The notes under the pieces were generated by a model, which was not told the origin of the DNA, did not search any database, and saw only the letters and a program-made list of their open reading frames with translations. The translations under genes and the position numbers were made by a program. DNA of 64,000 bases from Neoconidiobolus thromboides FSU 785 (taxonomy: Eukaryota > Fungi > Entomophthoromycota): contig MU626337.1 of the NCBI GenBank assembly GCA_025603075.1, forward strand, positions 27,689 to 91,688, read 5' to 3'. Shown in pieces: positions 63,430 through 64,000 of the stretch; position 1 is the first letter of the stretch; each line of letters begins with the position of its first letter.

Positions 63430-63768
63430 TTAAATAATGGCAACATTATCATGCTTATTAACATTAATATGCTTCTTATTGATATCCTTCTTGTGAACAT
63501 TATCAACGAATACAGCTGCTTTTTTATTACGATCAAATTCGTTCAAATTAAAGTTATGATTATTAGCGTGGAATCTGTTATTATTAATTACAGCTGGGAA
63601 ACCAAAAGAGCCAAAGTTATTGAATCCGCCATTAAACCCACCAACCCCATAGCCAGGATAGAAATTGTTAAAAGTACGTCTGGTTAAGTAACTATCACTA
63701 GAAGTTGGAAGAGAACAGATAGTAGAGGTGAAAGCTAAGATAATGGCGTTTAATAAGAATTGATTCAT
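63430..63768 (-). CDS. Secreted Gly/Asn/aromatic-rich small protein, paralog F
   Basis: Signal peptide, LTRR site, conserved C-terminus ending NVAII. Confidence 0.92.
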   Translation of the reverse strand: MNQFLLNAIILAFTSTICSLPTSSDSYLTRRTFNNFYPGYGVGGFNGGFNNFGSFGFPAVINNNRFHANNHNFNLNEFDRNKKAAVFVDNVHKKDINKKHINVNKHDNVAII

Positions 63769-64000
63769 TTTTTGATAATTATTTTGAAGGTTTATCTTAT
63801 TGCTTATATACTTTTGTATCTTTCTTTTATTATGTATAGTATTATTTTTACTTAACGTTAATTTATCATTATTTATTTATACTAAATAAAACTATAATTA
63901 GTTCAAAATAATACTACATTTATCTGACTAATGATTGTTAGTTGATAATATTGTATAATCTATGCTTTATTAATTGAATTTATAAGATACATTAATAGTA

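Noticed and set aside
50582-63768. Peptide cluster as a fungal RiPP (dikaritin or borosin) locus
   Set aside because: No DUF3328, methyltransferase, prolyl oligopeptidase or transporter genes occur nearby, and the precursors lack repeated short cores; kept only as a minor alternative.

Overview
AT-rich eukaryotic genomic DNA with short GT-AG introns of about 45-65 bp and one 442-N assembly gap. Gene content and intron style suggest an early-diverging fungus, probably Entomophthoromycotina (Conidiobolus/Neoconidiobolus-like); this placement is inference. Housekeeping genes: RRP5, EFG1, SEC3, GWT1, PSF2, an Hsp20, a prenylcysteine oxidase, a Pcl-type cyclin, a tandem-PH protein, a UPF0658-like membrane protein, an IQ-motif protein and tRNA-Gly(TCC). 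Two genes are missed or only partly caught by the ORF track: a 4-exon Rieske [2Fe-2S] protein and a 3-exon RNPC3 (U11/U12-65K)-like mini-protein that lacks both RRMs. A ~97-bp MITE with GGGG...CCCC termini and 4-bp A-N-W-T target duplications occurs about 17 times, including a nested and a chimeric copy. The most notable feature is a six-member cluster (50.6-63.8 kb) of small, essentially Cys-free secreted proteins. Five have a signal peptide, a KR/RR Kex2-type site, a Gly/Tyr/Phe/Asn-rich region and a conserved Asn-laddered two-repeat C-terminus. The sixth is divergent and broken by an in-frame TAA. Four share a TTATC-N6-GATAA element 21-22 bp upstream of a TATA box. This is a candidate co-regulated secreted functional-amyloid or surface-coat system (inference, untested).
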